Assembly: GCA_964016885.1 (NCBI GenBank)
Contig: OZ024747.1
Location: 80,352,001-80,416,000 of the forward strand
Reading direction: 5' to 3'
From: Eledone cirrhosa
Lineage: Eukaryota
DNA: 64,000 bases
Both the position numbers and the translations under genes were made by a program. The notes beneath the pieces were generated by a model. That model was not told the DNA's origin, did not search any database, and saw only the letters and a list, made by a program, of their open reading frames with translations. This document shows, in pieces, positions 61,567-64,000 of this stretch (the stretch's first letter is position 1; every line of letters starts with the position of its first letter).

Positions 61567-62361
61567 ATGGAAAATGCACGGAAGTATATAACTTTGGAGG
61601 AGAATGGTCTATTTTCTTTAAATTCTCCCCCAGAGCTAAAAAAGGAAAATAGCTTAAAAACTATTATTTATAGGACAATATCAAACAAAACCCGTAAGCC
61701 AGTACAACTCACTCAGACAGAGATTGAACTGGCGTTAAAAGATCATCTGAAAAACATTGTATTCATTCGGAAGGATAGACTCTACGGTAGTCTATCCATC
61801 CGAATGAAAGATAAATTGACGGCCGAAAAACATTCCCTGGCCCCAATTGTGTCCACCTTATTTACCTTCTTCCCCACTTATTTGGGAAGAAAAACACAAA
61901 GATTGACCATACACAGTATCGATCCAGATATTGATTCCTGGGCGGTACTGTGTGGCCTCCTCGACTTGAAAGAGGATGCAGTAAGTTCGGTAGGTAAGTC
62001 TTCCAGCAACGTGTTCGGTGGAACTAGCCTGCAAGTTCTGGTGAAAATGCAGCCAGAACCACTTGCTAGGATCCCGCACCGCATATTGCTGGATGGGCTT
62101 GCCTACTTACATATCACAGTGGAGGGTAGACGATCCGCTTGTTACCTCTGTGGTGGCAGAGGTCACCTGAGGGCTGCCTGTTCCCAAGCAAACAAAAAAA
62201 CACCGATTTTGCCCACACCAACAACTACAACACAACCTCCACCACCACTACAAAAACAACTAACTCCACAAGTTAAAACACAACTGAAAACAATCCCACC
62301 CATCCCCCACACAGGAAACAAATACAATAACACCCACACCACAAACACGAGCCGAAAATGA
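61567..62361 (+). CDS. Tx1-clade ORF1 (gag-like, CCHC zinc knuckle) of copy E; element begins ~60890
   Basis: 264 aa ORF with IPHRILLDG..HITVEGRRSACYLCGGRGHLRAAC, upstream of an APE-domain ORF2. Confidence 0.85.
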   Translation: MENARKYITLEENGLFSLNSPPELKKENSLKTIIYRTISNKTRKPVQLTQTEIELALKDHLKNIVFIRKDRLYGSLSIRMKDKLTAEKHSLAPIVSTLFTFFPTYLGRKTQRLTIHSIDPDIDSWAVLCGLLDLKEDAVSSVGKSSSNVFGGTSLQVLVKMQPEPLARIPHRILLDGLAYLHITVEGRRSACYLCGGRGHLRAACSQANKKTPILPTPTTTTQPPPPLQKQLTPQVKTQLKTIPPIPHTGNKYNNTHTTNTSRK

Positions 62362-62965
62362 ACCCCTCCCCTTGAATACGGAAGACGACCCCCTTTCGTC
62401 GTCAGACGAGAGGGGGGGGGGGGCACTTTCATAAAGTTAAAAGAAAAAAAAGAAAACACACCACAGGAACACAAATACAAACAACCCCTCCCCAAGACAT
62501 AACACAGACATCAACACAAAAAAACACACAACAGCAAACAAAAAACATCACGCAAAAAGAAAAATGTGTATAAACTTACATAAATACAATAAACAAAAAA
62601 CTGTTAAACGTTATTTATAATAACAACTTAATAAAAACCGAAGGTTCGAATTTCGCACAAGCAACGGGGCTTCCCCATCTAAAAATGATAAAAGCCCCAA
62701 TGGACATTTACAAAACGTTAAAAGACACTTTTAAAGAGGACGTGGGGCCCCCCTGCGTCAGACCCATTAACCGTGTCCTCCTAAAAAATCCCCCCCCCCA
62801 GACACCCACAGAACTCCAAACACCCCGACCCCACCACACACTGATGCCCCTACACTTCCACAAAGCACCACCCCACCCAACAACCCATCCCCCACCCCCA
62901 TGGAAATTGTACGGCCCGGTCCCCGGGACGCAGAGAGGTAAGTGCCTTTTCTCTTTACCACCAAC

Positions 62966-64000
62966 ATGGCTGTGTTGAGAATAGGTTGTCTAAATGCGCG
63001 TGGCCTGAGCTCACCTTAGAAGCAAACAATGCTTCTAAATGACCTCAGGTCACGATGTATAAATGTGATGGTTATTTGCGAGGCCCGGATCAGCAGCGTG
63101 CGACAGCTGGCCCCCACCTTTGATGACTTTGAGATGCACGCATCTCTCTGTCAGCCCGGAGGTGGGGGTGGGGTTGTCGTTCTCCTGCAAAATCATCTGG
63201 GTCTCGTTACACAGACGGTACACTTGGACTCGGAGGGTCGACTAGTAGTTCTGGACATTGGCAGTGGTGAAAGAGGAGTTTTTAGGCTTGTCGCCGTCTA
63301 CGGCCCTTTTGGGTCAACGCGGCCGGACTTATTCCATCATCTGGAGACTTTTCTAGGGACCTCCCGCTCCTTGCTTTTAGTGGGAGACTGGAATGGTATC
63401 CTAGATGCACGTTGGGACTATGTAGGGGCATGTCCTGATACAGGGGGTTGTAACAGCCTCAAGGGGTTAATCGGCCGATTCGACCTGGCCGATAGATATC
63501 GACTAGATTTTCCGACTCTGCCAACCTGGACTTGGAGAAACCACACGGTCAATCTAGATCGTACCTAGATAGGTTCTTAGTTAGAAATAAGGATAGGGAC
63601 TTTTTAAGTTGTCCAAAAATGCTCATGGTTGGCTATTCAGACCACAAGTTAGTGACCTCCATGGTCAACCTTGATAGAACGCATAGACAGGGACCCGGTT
63701 ACTGGAAGCTCAACTTGTCCTTACCGGCAAGTAAAGCTTACAGGAACCGGATTAGTACATTAGTTAAGGAGCGGTTGACGGGCGCCATCGTCAACAGCAG
63801 GTGGTGGGGCTCTCTCAAAAGAGAGATTAGAGTAGCTTCAATAGGAGTTAGTAAGGAGTTAGCGTCAGATAGAAATAGGAAGGAAAGGGAGTTGGTAGAT
63901 AGTGTAGAAGAGGCAATTAGAAGCGGCGACGTAGCCAGAGTTCTAGCGTCGAGAACGGCCTTGGGCCAGTTCTTCAACGCGAAACACGAAGGCTGCGTTG
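62966..64000 (+). pseudogene. Tx1-clade ORF2 N-terminus (APE endonuclease), disrupted, continues beyond the window
   Basis: MAVLRIGCLNARGL, TAG at 63017-63019, ICEAR, VAVYGP, LVGDWN, WTW, frameshift ~63545, YLDRFLV, YSDHKLV, GPGYWKLN. Confidence 0.92.

Overview
AT-rich, microsatellite-dense eukaryotic DNA. The tRNA-derived SINE and repeat landscape resemble an octopod cephalopod genome (inference). Nearly all supplied ORFs are translations of simple repeats. One host gene is supported: three phase-compatible 3' exons on + (657-733, 6023-6161, 7404-7424) encoding the end of a membrane protein with an acidic stalk, one TM helix and a short tail. The rest is mobile DNA: about 9 SINE copies, a piggyBac MITE, mariner/Tc1 and hATm-like remnants, RTE fragments, tandem Helitrons, a decayed Penelope-like element (RT + GIY-YIG, 51.1-54.7 kb) and Tx1/L1-clade retrotransposons. 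Two things stand out. (1) At least 8 minimal type-I hammerhead ribozyme motifs from 4-5 families, mostly in long palindromes next to (TA)n tracts, probably Penelope pseudo-LTR remnants. (2) A Tx1-clade family whose five copies all sit in (CTAT)n tracts, stacked head-to-tail. All calls are by eye; no database search or folding program was run.
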